Shown piece by piece: positions 38,891 to 51,900 of a stretch of DNA of 64,000 nucleotides. The stretch lies in the NCBI GenBank assembly GCA_001179505.1, contig CDMY01000238.1:1-64000 (forward strand). Direction: 5' to 3'. Each line of letters starts with the position of its first letter. The first letter of the stretch is position 1. Position numbers and translations under genes: made by a program. Below the pieces are notes generated by a model. The model saw only the letters and a program-made list of their open reading frames with translations, searched no databases and was not told the DNA's origin. This stretch comes from Vitrella brassicaformis CCMP3155 (lineage: Eukaryota; Protista; Chromerida).

Positions 38891-41800
38891 ATGCAGGATG
38901 AGGAAGCGCCGGCGAACGCAGGACGATGTGAGCGGCAAGCGTACGCATCTGGGTCACTTCCAGACGTGCGTCGAGACCGGACAGTGTTGCAGCAGCCACA
39001 AGGTCACAGCGGACCCTCATGTGAGTCGACAACACGGGAGAAGACGCCTCCAAGCACATCTGTGGGTCATGTGTGCGATGTCCAGATGACAATGAGTTTG
39101 CTTCTCTGGGTCATCCATTGGTGGCTGTTGGTCAGCCAGCCGCCGCCCTACCGGCGTCCCCTCACTCGAGCCGGGTGCACCCCTCATACTTTCCCTCGCA
39201 GCAGCGCACAGCGGCCTCCAAACAGGCAGCTGAATTGACTATCGGCGAGAGGGAGGCGCTGCTGGCCGACTTCGAAAGGCGCAAGGCAGCGGGAGAGGCG
39301 CTTACTCAGCAGGCATTTGCACTTGAGAAAGGCATTATCCCACTATATATCCCGCTCACGCAGTTCAAGAACTGGTGCCATCGCTCTTCAGTCAAGCGAG
39401 AGCCGCAGCACGAGGCAGCCGACAAGAGCAAGAAGCGCTACAGGCAGTCGCCTTTTCAGCCGATCGAGGTCGAGGTGCGTCAGTGGATGGCGGGGCATGA
39501 AGACCAAAGGAAGATTCCGATCAAGGCCATTCGTGCCAAGGCGATTGAGATCGCTGTTCGGCTGGGCATCAGTGGCTTCTCGGCAAGTGACACATGGATC
39601 AGGGGCGTCAACGACAGATACATGCAGGTGGGATGGAGCTATATGTCCACACATGTATCGATTTGCTTTGCCCGCTTTTCCCAGGACCAAGGACAAGCCT
39701 CCAGTGCGGCTGCAGCGGCGGCAAGCGCACCCGTCGCCCTTCCCTCTCCCCCAGTGCATCCGACGCACCCTCTTCCATCTTCACTGCCCAACGAGGGTGC
39801 TGCATTTGGGCACATAGCCGATGCATTTATCGGCTGGGGTACGAGCGATGAGTCCACAGAGAGGGAACGCCCTGTCATCCCGAGCAGCCATCGTTCTGGC
39901 GCATCACCTGCCACTCGTCGGGCCTCATCTCAGCCACCACCACACCAGCCAGCGGCAGAGGCCGACGGCACCCCTGCATCATCACGCGGTCGGTCGAAGG
40001 AATACACCATAGCTGAGCGCACGGCACTGGTGGACGAGTTCTCTCTACGGCAAGCCGGCGGCGAGAAGATCTCTCAGCGGGCATTCGCCAGGGAGAAGGG
40101 CATCAGCTTCGACCAGTTCAAGCACTGGGTGCTGCAGATCAAGAAGCTGAGAGAGGAAGGGCAAGACCCCAGCGACATCAGCAAAAGGAGGCACAGAGCA
40201 GTCAAGTGGCCGCAGATCGAGCAGGAGATGGCCGAGTGGCTCGGCAGCCGCAGCGACCCCTCGGGCATCGCCAAGAGGGAGCTGAGGGACAAGGCCAAAG
40301 AGATCGCGGCCCGCCTGCAGGCGACAGACTTCAAGTGCAGCGACTCATGGCTGGATGGATTCAGAAAACGATACCAACAAGCACCATCCAAGCGCCAGGT
40401 ACACAGCCGATAAACAGGACTTACACCTGGGCTGGCCTGTTCCGTTGTTCCTTGTTCCATGGGTTCGTCAGAGTGCTTCCGTCGCGCCATTGGAGACGAC
40501 AGCCGCAAAAGAGCAGGTACAAACGCTGGTGTGTGCAGACAGTGCGGCGGTCTATTTACGTTGCTGCGGTGTGGCGTCTGCACAGCCTCTCGCGCTTCCC
40601 TTTTCCTCGCATGGCCTCGCTTCTGGTACAAGGCACGTGTGCATGAATGCGGCTAATACGACACTGCTGCGGTGTGGACTCAGATCTCACGTCTTCCGGA
40701 GCGGCCCAACCAGCAGGGACAGGTGAGGAGAACGAGAGGTGCTAGAGTGTCCTGACCCATCCGTTCTTGTGTGTTTTTAGACTTCGCGCCCCTACAGAGC
40801 TACTTCAGCTCGCCCAATCCCTGGGAGCCGAATGATCCGCCCGCTGTGACCGCGACACCGTCCCTCCACGTCCCCCTCACCTCCTGTCGTCCACCTGCTT
40901 TTTCGGCCCCCATACCAACCGAAGAGGCGTCAGTGTCGGCGGCAGCTTTAGTGGCCGGTTCAGCGGATGGTGCGGATTGCGAGAATCCACATCGCATTGG
41001 CGACCTAGCATCGAGTGGCGAGATACTCAGTGGTCAGGTCTACACAACGGTGCGAATGGGGGATTCATTCATTGGACCGATTACCGACCTCAGCCGACAG
41101 GTAGATAATATCTAATGTGGAAAACCAGAGGAAGGACGTTTTTCTCTGATGGACTGCAGACGACCACCTGTCCACCAAACGACGAGGTTGACTCCAAGCT
41201 GGAGCAGCCATCAGAGGGCCAGACCACCATGAGCGTAAGTGATGACACCTGACTGCCATGACGACCGTACGAACAGGAAGCTGAGGCTCTGTTCGTAATT
41301 TGCTCGTTCAGATGGTGCCGTCAGAAAGCAGGCTGACGAACCAGAGGCCGCCGACGAAGGTCCAAAGGACCAACGCACGATCTCACAGACACGCCACACC
41401 GTCTGTGGTGAGCAGAATGCAATGAGCTGGACGAGCTGACAGTGACGTGGCTTCTGTCTCCCCTGCAGGTGTCATTTCGTTCATCGGGTATCAGTGGCCG
41501 TGACCTCCAAACTAACCTAGGAGAGGTGAGCATCGACAGGGGACGGCTTACTGCATCAATGATCCTGTTGCTGCCCTTCTCTCTCTGTGTCGCCATCATC
41601 AGGCCGATGCTGATATTGGTAGCGTGTCTGATGCTGACAGCGTCAGTGTGTCGTCTGTTGGTGCGGCTCCTGACGTCGCGGCCCTGTCGACCTGCAGCAC
41701 GACAGACGACGGCGACATGCCGACGCAAAGACGCGTGAGTGAAACCTAGAGCGCACATGTCTGTTTGGCTATATGGCTCTGTTTCGTCCTTTCTGCAGGT

Positions 41801-43187
41801 CATCGCGGGAAGCAGCCTGAGGGCGCCTGAGTGTGCGGCTCTTCACTCCCTCTTCGTGCCATCGATATTCGAAGAAATCACATTCACGCTGCTGTACAGG
41901 TACACGCACATTAAAGGGAGGGACACAACACATGACAACTGCTATTCTTGTTTCAGGGCCTCCCATGATGGCGCAACCTTTGGCGATCTTCTTCGGTGCG
42001 TTGGCGACACGAAAAGCCTGGTATTCGCGGTCAGGAAGGGCGGCTGTCTGTTCGGCGCCTACATCAGCGACGGCGTCAAGCTTCCCGATGGCCCAACTGC
42101 CGTCAACAGCTACAGCTGTGACGCATGGCAGTTCTCCCTTGCCGACCACTTCAACACGCCCACCAAGATCGACTTCCCTCGATACAGGAAGCGTGTCGAG
42201 ATAGCCGCGAGGGAGTGCACAGTAGACGGGGCGGTCGCCATCGGCGATGGACAGGGTCTCAAGGCGCAGCTGTGTTTTGGCTATGGCCGTCGAGATGGTG
42301 CATTTGGTGCCGATATGCGCAGCTGCTATCAGAACATCTGCAGGGATTTTCTGCCTGAAGGGTATCAGGGGGCGAGAGGGGATGGCCACGCCTTCTTTGG
42401 TGGCGGTGCGCAATTCATGGCTGACGAACTGGAGGTCATTCGTGTGGATGGACTTTTTTTGCTGTCGCCACAGGTCAGACACACACATCAATGAACATAT
42501 GCCTTTCACGCCTTGCCCGCTGTTCCTCTGCAGGGGATCGAAGGCAGCAGTTTGGGTGTCATCGAGTGTGCGGCTCTCTACTGCTTTCTCGGAATAACCA
42601 CACAGGGCAAGGCGAGGCTGCTCTACAGGTACGACATTCGCTGAAGGTGAAATCAGATCATTTGTGTTTGCCATGTGTACAGTGCGTCGCGCGACTGCTC
42701 ATCGTATGCCGAACTCATTCGATGTGTTGGCGACGCCACCCGCCTGGTGTTCGTCATCCGGAAGGGCGCCTTTGTCTTCGGCGCCTACACAAGCGGCGGC
42801 CTGCACCTGCCCGATGATCCCGCTGCCGTCAACAGCTACAACTGTGATGTGTGGCATTTCTCCCTGGCCGGCCACTTCAAGACACCCACCAAGATCGACA
42901 TGCCCGACAGGCAGCTCGTGCGCGTCGCTGGGCGGGAGGCGGGGGCAATGCTGCTGATTGGCGAGCAACTATTTCTCGGTTATGGCGGCTCTCACCGGGA
43001 CAGTGGTGCTGATTTGCGTAGCTGTTATCAGCTCATTTTCAGCAGCCTTCTCCCTGCGGGCTACCAGGGCGCGAGGGACGGGAGCGGCAATGCAGTGTTT
43101 GGTGGGAGTGGTCACTTCATAGCTGACGATTTGGAGGTGCTGACGGCCGGGGAACGTGATCTTCCCAAGCCGAGCCGCCTCAGTTGA
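38891..43187 (+). CDS. Protein with two CENP-B-like DNA-binding modules (HTH + Tc5-type HTH), a low-complexity linker and two TLDc domains
   Basis: Modules: ELTIGEREALL..QFKNW..RYRQSPFQPIEVEVRQW..KAIEIAVRLGISGFSASDTW and KEYTIAERTALV..QFKHW..VKWPQIEQEMAEW..FKCSDSWLDGFRKRY. TLDc: LLYRASHDG..FGAYIS..FMADELEV and LLYSASRD..FGAYTS..FIADDLEV. Linker exons 40472-40516, 40589-40625, 40684-40722, 40781-41100, 41160-41234 and three more join in matching phases with GT-AG ends. Confidence 0.75.
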
Positions 43188-43980
43188 ATGGCGTCGTCAA
43201 GCGGCCTGGAACGAGACTCGCCTGTGTGTTGCGTCTGTCGATGCGAACCGTGATGAAGGAGTGTGTTTGAATGTGTGTATCTGAAGGGAGTACGAGTGAA
43301 TGAGAGTGGAGCCTGGGGCATTTGACCGGCTGAATGCACACACGGGGGCACTCATCGTCACGTGTGTGTGGGGCGAGAGGGAGGGGCCTCTTTCCTCGTT
43401 GTCTCTGTGTGTGTTTTGTGTGTCTGTTGCCCGTGAGTGGAGGAGTGAGTGTTGCTCGGCTGCAGTCTGGCTCATCCGTGGCGCATGTTTTCGTGGACAG
43501 CAAGCACATCCTGTTTACCAATGGTATGCTCTTTACGTCTATCTATACCTTTCTTTCGTGCCTTATGTGTCCAACGCGATTGTGGTGCCAATGCGATGCG
43601 ATGAGATAAGATGTGGTGTGGTTTGATGTAGCGTACTGGTGCTGGCTTTCTAGCTGGTACAGCGAGCTTCTTTTATAGCCACGCAGGCTGATTGGAGCCA
43701 TGTCGGCCGATCTGGCTTAATCCATCTCGTGTGGCTGTTGGGGGGCGGTCTGTACTTCTGGTATCACACGTCAGAGCATTCTCAGAATGAAGAATGAATA
43801 GCGTCGAAGCTTTTTGCTGACCGCAAGGAGACCGTCGCGACATCCGGCTGAATGTGAGTGTATGAGTGTGAAAAAGGCCGTGTTTGTCCGCTGCAGCGCC
43901 AAGGGAGCACGGCGGTGGATGTTTTTTTCACTGCTGGTGTGTCAATAAATGGCTGTGTCGGCTGTGTCTGTCTGCTCCGC

Positions 43981-44350
43981 CCTGTCCCCCCCGCCCCCTC
44001 CTCCACCCTGTCCCCCCCGCCCCCTCCTCCACNNNNNNNNNNNNNNNNNNNNNNNNNNNNNNNNNNNNNNNNNNNNNNNNNNNNNNNNNNNNNNNNNNNN
44101 NNNNNNNNNNNNNNNNNNNNNNNNNNNNNNNNNNNNNNNNNNNNNNNNNNNNNNNNNNNNNNNNNNNNNNNNNNNNNNNNNNNNNNNNNNNNNNNNNNNN
44201 NNNNNNNNNNNNNNNNNNNNNNNNNNNNNNNNNNNNNNNNNNNNNNNNNNNNNNNNNNNNNNNNNNNNNNNNNNNNNNNNNNNNNNNNNNNNNNNNNNNN
44301 NNNNNNNNNNNNNNNNNNNNNNNNNNNNNNNNCCTCCACCCTGCCCCCCC
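43981..44350. repeat. C-rich 26-bp minisatellite (cctgtcccccccgccccctcctccac) running into a 300-N gap (44033-44332)
   Basis: Two full units precede the gap and a partial unit follows it. Confidence 0.8.
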
Positions 44351-45094
44351 TCCCCTCCTGAATCTGTTTCTCGCTCTGGAGCCGTCTTTTCGCTGATGTA
44401 AACAGTCTTAACTGACCGCCTTGATTAAGTGTCTGACTAATTATCTGCGTGTCTGGGAATGGGTGCATGTCTGTTGTATGTGTCAGCATGTCTGTTGTGT
44501 GTGTCATACACACACACGGATTCATGTCTCCCTGCGTACATACATACGTACGTGCATGTATACACACGTATATACAGCCTCCTTTTTTCGCATGTATGAT
44601 GAGGCATCAGGTGAATGAATGTATGATGATGATTGCATACATTCATTCATCCTTTCTTGCCATCCATCCATCCATCCCATCCGTCGATCGACTCCACACT
44701 CGAGTACAGATCTACTCTGAGATGTGTACCTTCCCCTTCACCTCTACATGTCTACACGTGTCCATGTGTCCATGTCGTGGCGGCTCCCAATGCTCGCTGA
44801 GTTTTGTCTCTGTTTGGGCGTGAGTGTCTCTGTGCCAGTTTTATGCTGGGCCAGGCAGTGAGACTGGAAGCTTGCTGCCACATTTTCTGACGAGTGGCAT
44901 TGAATGTTTGTCTGAAACGTCTAGATCTGCCCCTTTTTTCTGGCAGTCATGGACACATGCATTGCACGTTGCAATCCCTCAGGACACGGAACAGAAAACA
45001 ATCCATCCCGAAGAAACTCGCTGACTCGCGATCGGGACCCGGTGTAAATCTTTGCGGGGGCGTTCAACAAGTTCTCCCTTCCGGAAGGGCAATC

Positions 45095-47143
45095 ATGAGC
45101 GACGCGAATCTTCCAGACTATCGGAAGGCTGCTGGATCAGTCATCATCCAAGTGTCCCACACCGTCCATCTGCCCTTTTCTTCTGCCGCCGGGGATGTCT
45201 CGCCGTCTCTGCGCGTTCGGTTGGGGATGCTCCAGAAGGAGTTCAAGAGCATCGACAAGGCGAAGGCGGTGGAGTTTCCCATGACCGAGGCAGAATGGAA
45301 GGAGGGCGTCGTGCTGATTGACATCATTGGGGAGGGAAAACGGCATCTTGGCGTATGCGTTCCGTGTCGAGAGCTCAGGACGTTCCAAGATCAAGCAGTG
45401 TGAGAGAGAGAGAGAGGAGGGACAACTACAAAGACATGGACATATATGATTGTCTTCAGGTGGTTGGCTCTCGCACCGCAGCCGGCGTTGGAACTGGCCC
45501 AATCGATGGAGCACCACTATACGGTGGGCCCAGTCGGGATGCGTGCCATCCATCTTGACGATGTGTCTGTCTTCACACTGCAGCAAGCCCTGCAAAATGC
45601 CGTTCGGCCCACTGTCCCAAAACTGCAGCTGAGATGTCGACTGAGACGAGCATCAGAATTAGGAGTCCCGCCGCCCATGATGTCGTCGCAAAGCCTTGCG
45701 GGCGCTGAAGGGGGCGAAGAACGTAAGACAGCGGTGTGTGCGCCCTTTTTGACTAATTGACTACTGTGTGGTTGCCTTAGATGCCGTGTCTGGTCCTTCG
45801 GTGAGTCGTGAGTGGAGTGAGGCGCTCAGTCAGGTTGTGGCCATCACCACAACACTCGATACCATCAGAAGGCACTTCCAGGACTTCCAAATAATTAGAG
45901 AGAAGGTAGTCGAGCCGGAGTTTCTCGTTTGTAAGCTGCTTTTCGTCTGTGTTGCCTTTAGCTATCGCACCATGTAGAGACGCTCTCTGAGACATCTGAC
46001 CACCTCTCGTCGTCCATCGATGGCGCGGCTCTCCCCTCCTCCTCGCTTTCTGCATTGAGGGAGAGCCTCGACCATCTACCTGATTCATTGGATAGGCTGC
46101 AGGGCATGCTCGACATGTGCCATCAGTCGCTAGGTCAGCCGGCAGCCGATTGCATGTCTCTATCGCCTCCACCACACACGTGTGTGTGCAGGTAGTGTGT
46201 CTGGTCCAGTGAGGAAGATGGCCATGTACCTCAGAGACATTCGCAAAGCCACGACGGTGGGCATCAAGTATACGGCTCTTCCCTGCAACGATCCTCCCGC
46301 ATTCAGGGTATCGAAGAGGACATCCCAACACCCACTGCAGAGGAGCAACCGCCCCTCTCTCTCCCCCCGCCCACATACTACGACGAGATTCTCTCTCGCG
46401 TCATGGAAGACTTCACCATCTCGCCCAGACCAAAAGAAAGAGACTCCACTAAAGCCAAGGGAACCTCCCCTGCTGCTGGTGTGGTCGATGCCGAGGCTTA
46501 TCTAGCGCGGCTGAGGAGCGAGGGGCTGATGGGCGAAGAAGGACGGGATGACGGACACCGGGCGGACGAGGGGTGGTCCTTCCCCGCACCAAGGGAGAGG
46601 GGCGAGGCAGGGCCGACCAGTGAAGCGCTCGCACCTCCACTGCCTCGTAGGCCATGAGTGGTTTGCCATGTGTCTCACTTTCCAGGGGTCTTTGTGTGTG
46701 TGTCTCCATTTAGCGGCGTTGAAAGAGCACATTGCACTGTACACCTGGGCGGACCAGCTGGAGGCATCAATGGAGCCCGACCTGTCGCCGTCCATTGCAC
46801 TCGATGCGACATACAGGGGCAAAGTCGGCCTCAACGTGCCCTCCCAATCTCCCCAAAGACAGCGTCTCTCTGTGTTGCAAGAGGAGGATTCGCCACCTGC
46901 GGCCTCGGCTGCAAGCGGCCTGCCGGCACCAAACTATCTCGTACGTCGGACATACATCAGGGCATCACACGTGCTGTGTGCGTGTATGTGTTGTTTTTTC
47001 AGATGTCGGGGGACTCGCCGTCTTCTGGCAGTGAGCTGATTGGCGGAGGGGGTAGGAATGCCAGGCAGAGTGATGACAAGCGAGGTGAGATGGCCTATGA
47101 CGAAGACATGCGTATCGACAGGCGAGACTTGCCGCCTCTGTGA
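45095..47143 (+). CDS. Hypothetical multi-exon protein
   Basis: Successive protein-like exons (MSDANLPDYRKAAGSVIIQ.., MEHHYTVGPVGMRAIHLDD.., LDTIRRHFQDFQIIREK, KMAMYLRDIRK.., ..RIDRRDLPPL*) separated by short GT-AG introns. Confidence 0.55.
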
Positions 47144-47346
47144 TGGATTCTTCTTACATGTATGTGTGGCAACGTGCGTGTGTGTTGGGGTTCGTGGATC
47201 GAGCATTGGAGCTGGTCAGATTCCATTTGTGTCTTCGCGTGCGTACACGTTGACTGGAAGCCATCGGCAGTCTTTTTGCTGTATATGGTACATACACACT
47301 GACGCAGAGCACAGTAATCGATCTACATGCGACACATGGCCATCGC

Positions 47347-48534
47347 CTATCTCATAACTGTCCTAAGAGTCCTCAATGACGCACCCCCCACTCTCCTGCC
47401 TGCACCTGTACCCACATGCATCTCTCTCCTTCTACGCCCCATGTAGTAAAACCTGTGAGTCTCGCCCCTCCGTCGCCTCTCACCCTCCCTCTCTCGCCAC
47501 GCCATGACCTTTCTGTACCGCTTCTTCTGCCCTCTCCACAGCGTACTCATCGCCATAGCGCCATTCGACCAAGCCCCGATGAACGGGCGCCTGCCACGTC
47601 CCCGTTCACGACTAATCGCCGACCGAACGAGAAGTATGAACGCCGCTAAGGGGCGATTGGCGTTCGTGCAGTCATGCCGACGCATGAACTTTAACAATGT
47701 GGGATGGTCCAAGTCGGTGGGACTCAGGGAGGGGAGGGGGGCGGGAGGGGCAGGCACGTGGGTCACCAATGACAGAAAGAATGCCGTGAGCAGGACGCGC
47801 ACCACCGCAAATGAGAATCCGTCCACATACAGGGCATCGTCTGCATCACCACTCTTCTTTCTCGTGAGCAATCGGGACACAGCCAATGGGAGAAGACGAA
47901 GGAGCCCCTCCTGGACAAGCCACGCCTCTCCAATGCCCCAGAGCCACTCGCAGACCGCCTCAATCACCCTTTGTTCGCCCGCCAGCGAAGAAACCACCCT
48001 GTCCTTGACTGCCTGTCGCTTTATAGCCCATCTCTCCGGGAACATAGGCACCACAAGCGCCACACCAGTGCGGGAGAGGTACACACAGACGAGCTTGGTG
48101 AGCGACAAAGGGATTGTTGTCGAGTCGTGGATTCGCTTCAGCCACTTCCTTTGCTCTTTCTTGGTCCATCTGGGGACGGCTGGCCGCGGCCGATACAGCG
48201 TGAGGGAGCCATTCTTGCCGGTCAATGCAGGACGGGCCGGATGTGTAGCGTTGTGCCGCTGGGGAGGGTGAAAGGCCGCATGACGATGACTGAAGGACAT
48301 CGGCAGGGATGATGGAGCCGCATGGATGACCGACGGCAGCACCAGCAGGCTGAGCAGACACGAGATAGATCCGAAGAAGGGTCCAAGCGGGTGCAATTGC
48401 GGGTGCATGGACTCATAGATGGAGTTCATCTCTTCGTCGGACACACGCTGGCAGCTCCGTAAAGCCCTGTGATCTCCTTCGTTTCTCCCTCGCGAGGCGA
48501 GCTTAAAACTGCGAGCTTGGACAGATCGACACAC
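47347..48534 (-). CDS. Hypothetical protein
   Basis: 395-aa ORF with a protein-like core (PRWTKKEQRKWLKRIHDSTTIPLSLTKLVCVYL..LTAFFLSLVTH); likely contains small introns. Confidence 0.45.
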   Translation of the reverse strand: MCRSVQARSFKLASRGRNEGDHRALRSCQRVSDEEMNSIYESMHPQLHPLGPFFGSISCLLSLLVLPSVIHAAPSSLPMSFSHRHAAFHPPQRHNATHPARPALTGKNGSLTLYRPRPAVPRWTKKEQRKWLKRIHDSTTIPLSLTKLVCVYLSRTGVALVVPMFPERWAIKRQAVKDRVVSSLAGEQRVIEAVCEWLWGIGEAWLVQEGLLRLLPLAVSRLLTRKKSGDADDALYVDGFSFAVVRVLLTAFFLSLVTHVPAPPAPLPSLSPTDLDHPTLLKFMRRHDCTNANRPLAAFILLVRSAISRERGRGRRPFIGAWSNGAMAMSTLWRGQKKRYRKVMAWREREGERRRRGETHRFYYMGRRRREMHVGTGAGRRVGGASLRTLRTVMR

Positions 48535-48628
48535 GAAAGAAAAAACGCGGCGCCGTCGTCACTTGCAGGGCACTTGAACAAGGAAAGAGCAAGCTTCGTA
48601 CAGTACAAACAGCTAGTCTCCCTCCGAC

Positions 48629-48906
48629 ATGTTTGGCGAGGAGCCATCGAGTGTGGGCAAGAGCCGCCGTGACATTGTGTGGGAGCAGAAGCGGCAGCGG
48701 TACTTCGAGTCGAAAGGCCTCAACAGGCCGCCAGGAGCCGCCCCGCCATTTTTTGACGGCCGCGGCTCTGTTGGGGCTGTTGGGGGTGGCGTGGATTTGG
48801 GGGAGCGGAGACGGTCGAGGGACTACCTGTTTGAGCCACTCGATGCAGGTGAAAAAAGGTCGAAACGACTGTCTGCATGAATCTATGTGCTCTTTCGTCT
48901 CTCTCA

Positions 48907-48941
<35 letters not shown>

Positions 48942-51900
48942 TGTGTCTGTGTTTGTGTTAGCTCCCGTTCCTCCCCCACAGCAAGACCCCTTCCGGAATC
49001 CTGTTCGGTTCAGTCCCAGCCCTCAGCAGCCCCTCTCATCCCCTCCCCTCCCTCCCCCCTCTCCTTCCCAAGCCCCGCTACCGTCGTCATTAGAATTCCA
49101 ACCTATCTCACCACAGCAGCCGCCTGCAGGTACGCCCATCTGTGTTTGTCAACATGGAAGGCATAGGTATGGTTTGTCTGTGTGTGGTGCAGGTGGTCAT
49201 CGCACTCCGCCGTTGATGGATGTCCCTGCTGGGCAAGTTGGGCGGGACGAGAGGTATATGACGCCTCCGAGGCTGAGAAGGGTGGATGAAGGCGATCAGA
49301 CGGCCGCACAATCGCTGAGTGAGCTTCGCGGAGCAGCTGAATCACTGAGTCCTCATCTAATCAGCTCTTGTTCCCAGGTCCGAGCCCTAGTGTTGGTGTT
49401 CTCCCAATGGGTGGCGACAACGATAGACAAAAGGTCGGTTGGGGATCAACGCACACACACTACCTTTGCTTATTTGCATGCACATTTCTTCTCTGCACAG
49501 AAGCTGTCAAAGCAGCAAGAGTATGCGCGAGCACTGCAGCAGGTATTCATGCGGCAATTTAGAATTTCGCATCAATGACTTACATCCCATTTGCGTGTTT
49601 GTAGCAAATGGAAGAGCAGCGAAAGGCAAGGGAAGCCGAGAAGCAAATGCGGAGAGCATCGCCACCGAGTAAGACAGACACAGCACACAACAACAACATG
49701 CACTCTCCGTATGATCGTTGCTTCCATCAGCCACACATCTCCCCCCCGTAGCAGCTGCCCGGCACAGCACCCCTCCCCCATCCAACCCCCTCCTCGGCGA
49801 GGCGTCCGAGCGCCCCACAGCCCGACCTCTGGGCTCAAGACACAGCCCTCAGCTGGACCAGAGGCCCGAGTCACACCCTCCGCCACTGCGGATGGAAAGG
49901 AGGGGCAGAGTGACAGATGAAGATATGGGGGACGGAATTCCACCGGCGAGGGCGCATAGCTTGGGGCCTCCCGTGTACGGCGCCGGCGATGGTGTGCAGA
50001 ATCCGTATGCGCCGATCCCGCCGATGTATGGGTATGGCGGCGCCCCGCCCCCTCCCGGACCGTACTATCCGCCTTATCCGTATTATCCGCCGCCCTTTCC
50101 GCCGTACTACCCCCCGATGCCTCCACAGGCAGCCGTCAGCCCCCCTGGTGCATATGGTAAGTCGGTCACAATGACACACCTCTGTTAATCGTTGCTGATC
50201 ACGATTTGCATTGCAGGAACTCCCCCTGCCCCCGTCCCCACCTACCCATCACCACAAAGAGCGAGCGAGCCATCGGCTGCCCCCCAAGTGCCTCCCTCCC
50301 TCTATGGAAATGCCTCATTTGCCATGCAGCCACCACCTCCAGCGAAGAAAGCCAAAGAGCTGCACACGACCAAGGAGAAGAAGATGATCGGCCCTAATGG
50401 AGGGGGCATCGTGGGTGCGGGTGACTGGGGCAGTGGGCTGTTCTCTGGGCTTGGACAGGAGACGGCTGAGAGCAAAAGGGCCAAGAAGCATCAGGAGTAC
50501 ATGGCAGAACTGGAGAGGCAGATCAAGGAGAAGGTGAATACGAGATGGCAAATGACAGAGGGAGGACTGTGCAATTGTGGTCTGTATTCGGAGTGCAGGA
50601 GGCGAGGAAGCGTGAAGAACAGGAGAGGGCGAGAGAAGAGGAGAGACGCGAGGAGGAGAAAATACAGAGGTGCCTCATTGCAGCATCTACGTGGGATGGG
50701 AGACAAGGCTTTCGCGCACTTTGAAAATTCTGTTGGTCGATTCAGGGACATTCAGATGTTGCAGCGTCGCGGCAGCTCGGAGCGGCTGAAACACATGGCA
50801 CAGGCAGAGGTGAAATGCCACAGACACGTCACACATGCATGCAGACATCTTGGTGTCCGTCGATTGCAGTCCCCTTCTCCCCAATTTGGTCTGCCTCCCC
50901 GATCGTCTTCACCCAAGCCACCATCACCCTTTCCCGACGCGCCACCGCCTCCCGTGTCGAAGCGTGATTTGCACAGGGTAGTCGAGGCACATAATCAAAG
51001 ATACGTCCAGGGAATTCATTTGCATTTGCGGCTTTTTCAGCCGAAGAAAATTATCGATATCGATGGAGAGAGGCAGACGGCGGCAGTGAGGGATCCTTCA
51101 AGGTGCGCTTTTTTCCGCTGATGCCTCACGTCAGCATACCTGCCTGGGTATGTTGTCTCTTCTATCAGGTGGGGTGGCTTCGCCTCAGCGCCTGACGCAA
51201 CACCCGTCCCGGCCCCCTCCCATGACGACGATGCGCCTGTGGGTTTCGGAGGGGGCAGAAATAGGAGGTATGCGCCAATCGAATGTGGGCAAAGCACAAG
51301 TTTTGTGTATCTATGGACGCTTCAGAGGCCGTCCTTCCGTTGACAGTCCCCAGCCTGTAGAAGCACCTCCTGTCTCCTCCGCGAAAGAGGAACGACAGGA
51401 AGAACAGTCGCAAATGGAGACCAGGTCAGAGACAGAGACTGCAAAGAGCCATCCATGTGCTTTGCATGAAAGCATCAATGTGCGTCGCTATACCAGGAGG
51501 GCCCCCCGTGCTGGCAGCCGTCAGCGGCATCGAGACAAGTCGCTGCCGCCAGACATCCGCAGCCAGCCAAGAAGCCCCAATGGAAGGTAAGTGGCTTTAA
51601 CATAAGCCTTGCCTCCCCTCCTTTAGAAGCCTTGCCTGTGTGCATCCCAGGGCTCTTACCAAGCGCACGACGCATGAACGATTCTCTGCTGCCCCCCCGA
51701 GTAACAACGATGTGTTTCGTGCTGCGAGCGAGTCGCTCGACATTGAGCTGCGAAGGCTGCAGTCTGACTTCAAGCGGCAGCATGACGAGATGAAGCAGCA
51801 TATACAGGCCATACAAGAGGTTAGTGACAGCTGTGGTAGTGGAGAAGACCGCTGCCTGAAAGCGGTCCGTGGCTGTCTTTAGGAGTCTCGCAGAGCGCAA

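Noticed and set aside
31900-40400. Intact pogo/Tc5 DNA transposon
   Set aside because: No DDE catalytic domain and no terminal inverted repeats were seen, and both HTH genes are intron-rich, which points to domestication.
3867-43187. Functional link between V-ATPase G and the TLDc gene
   Set aside because: They are about 35 kb apart with unrelated genes between them, and there is no sign of eukaryotic operon-like clustering; co-occurrence is likely chance.
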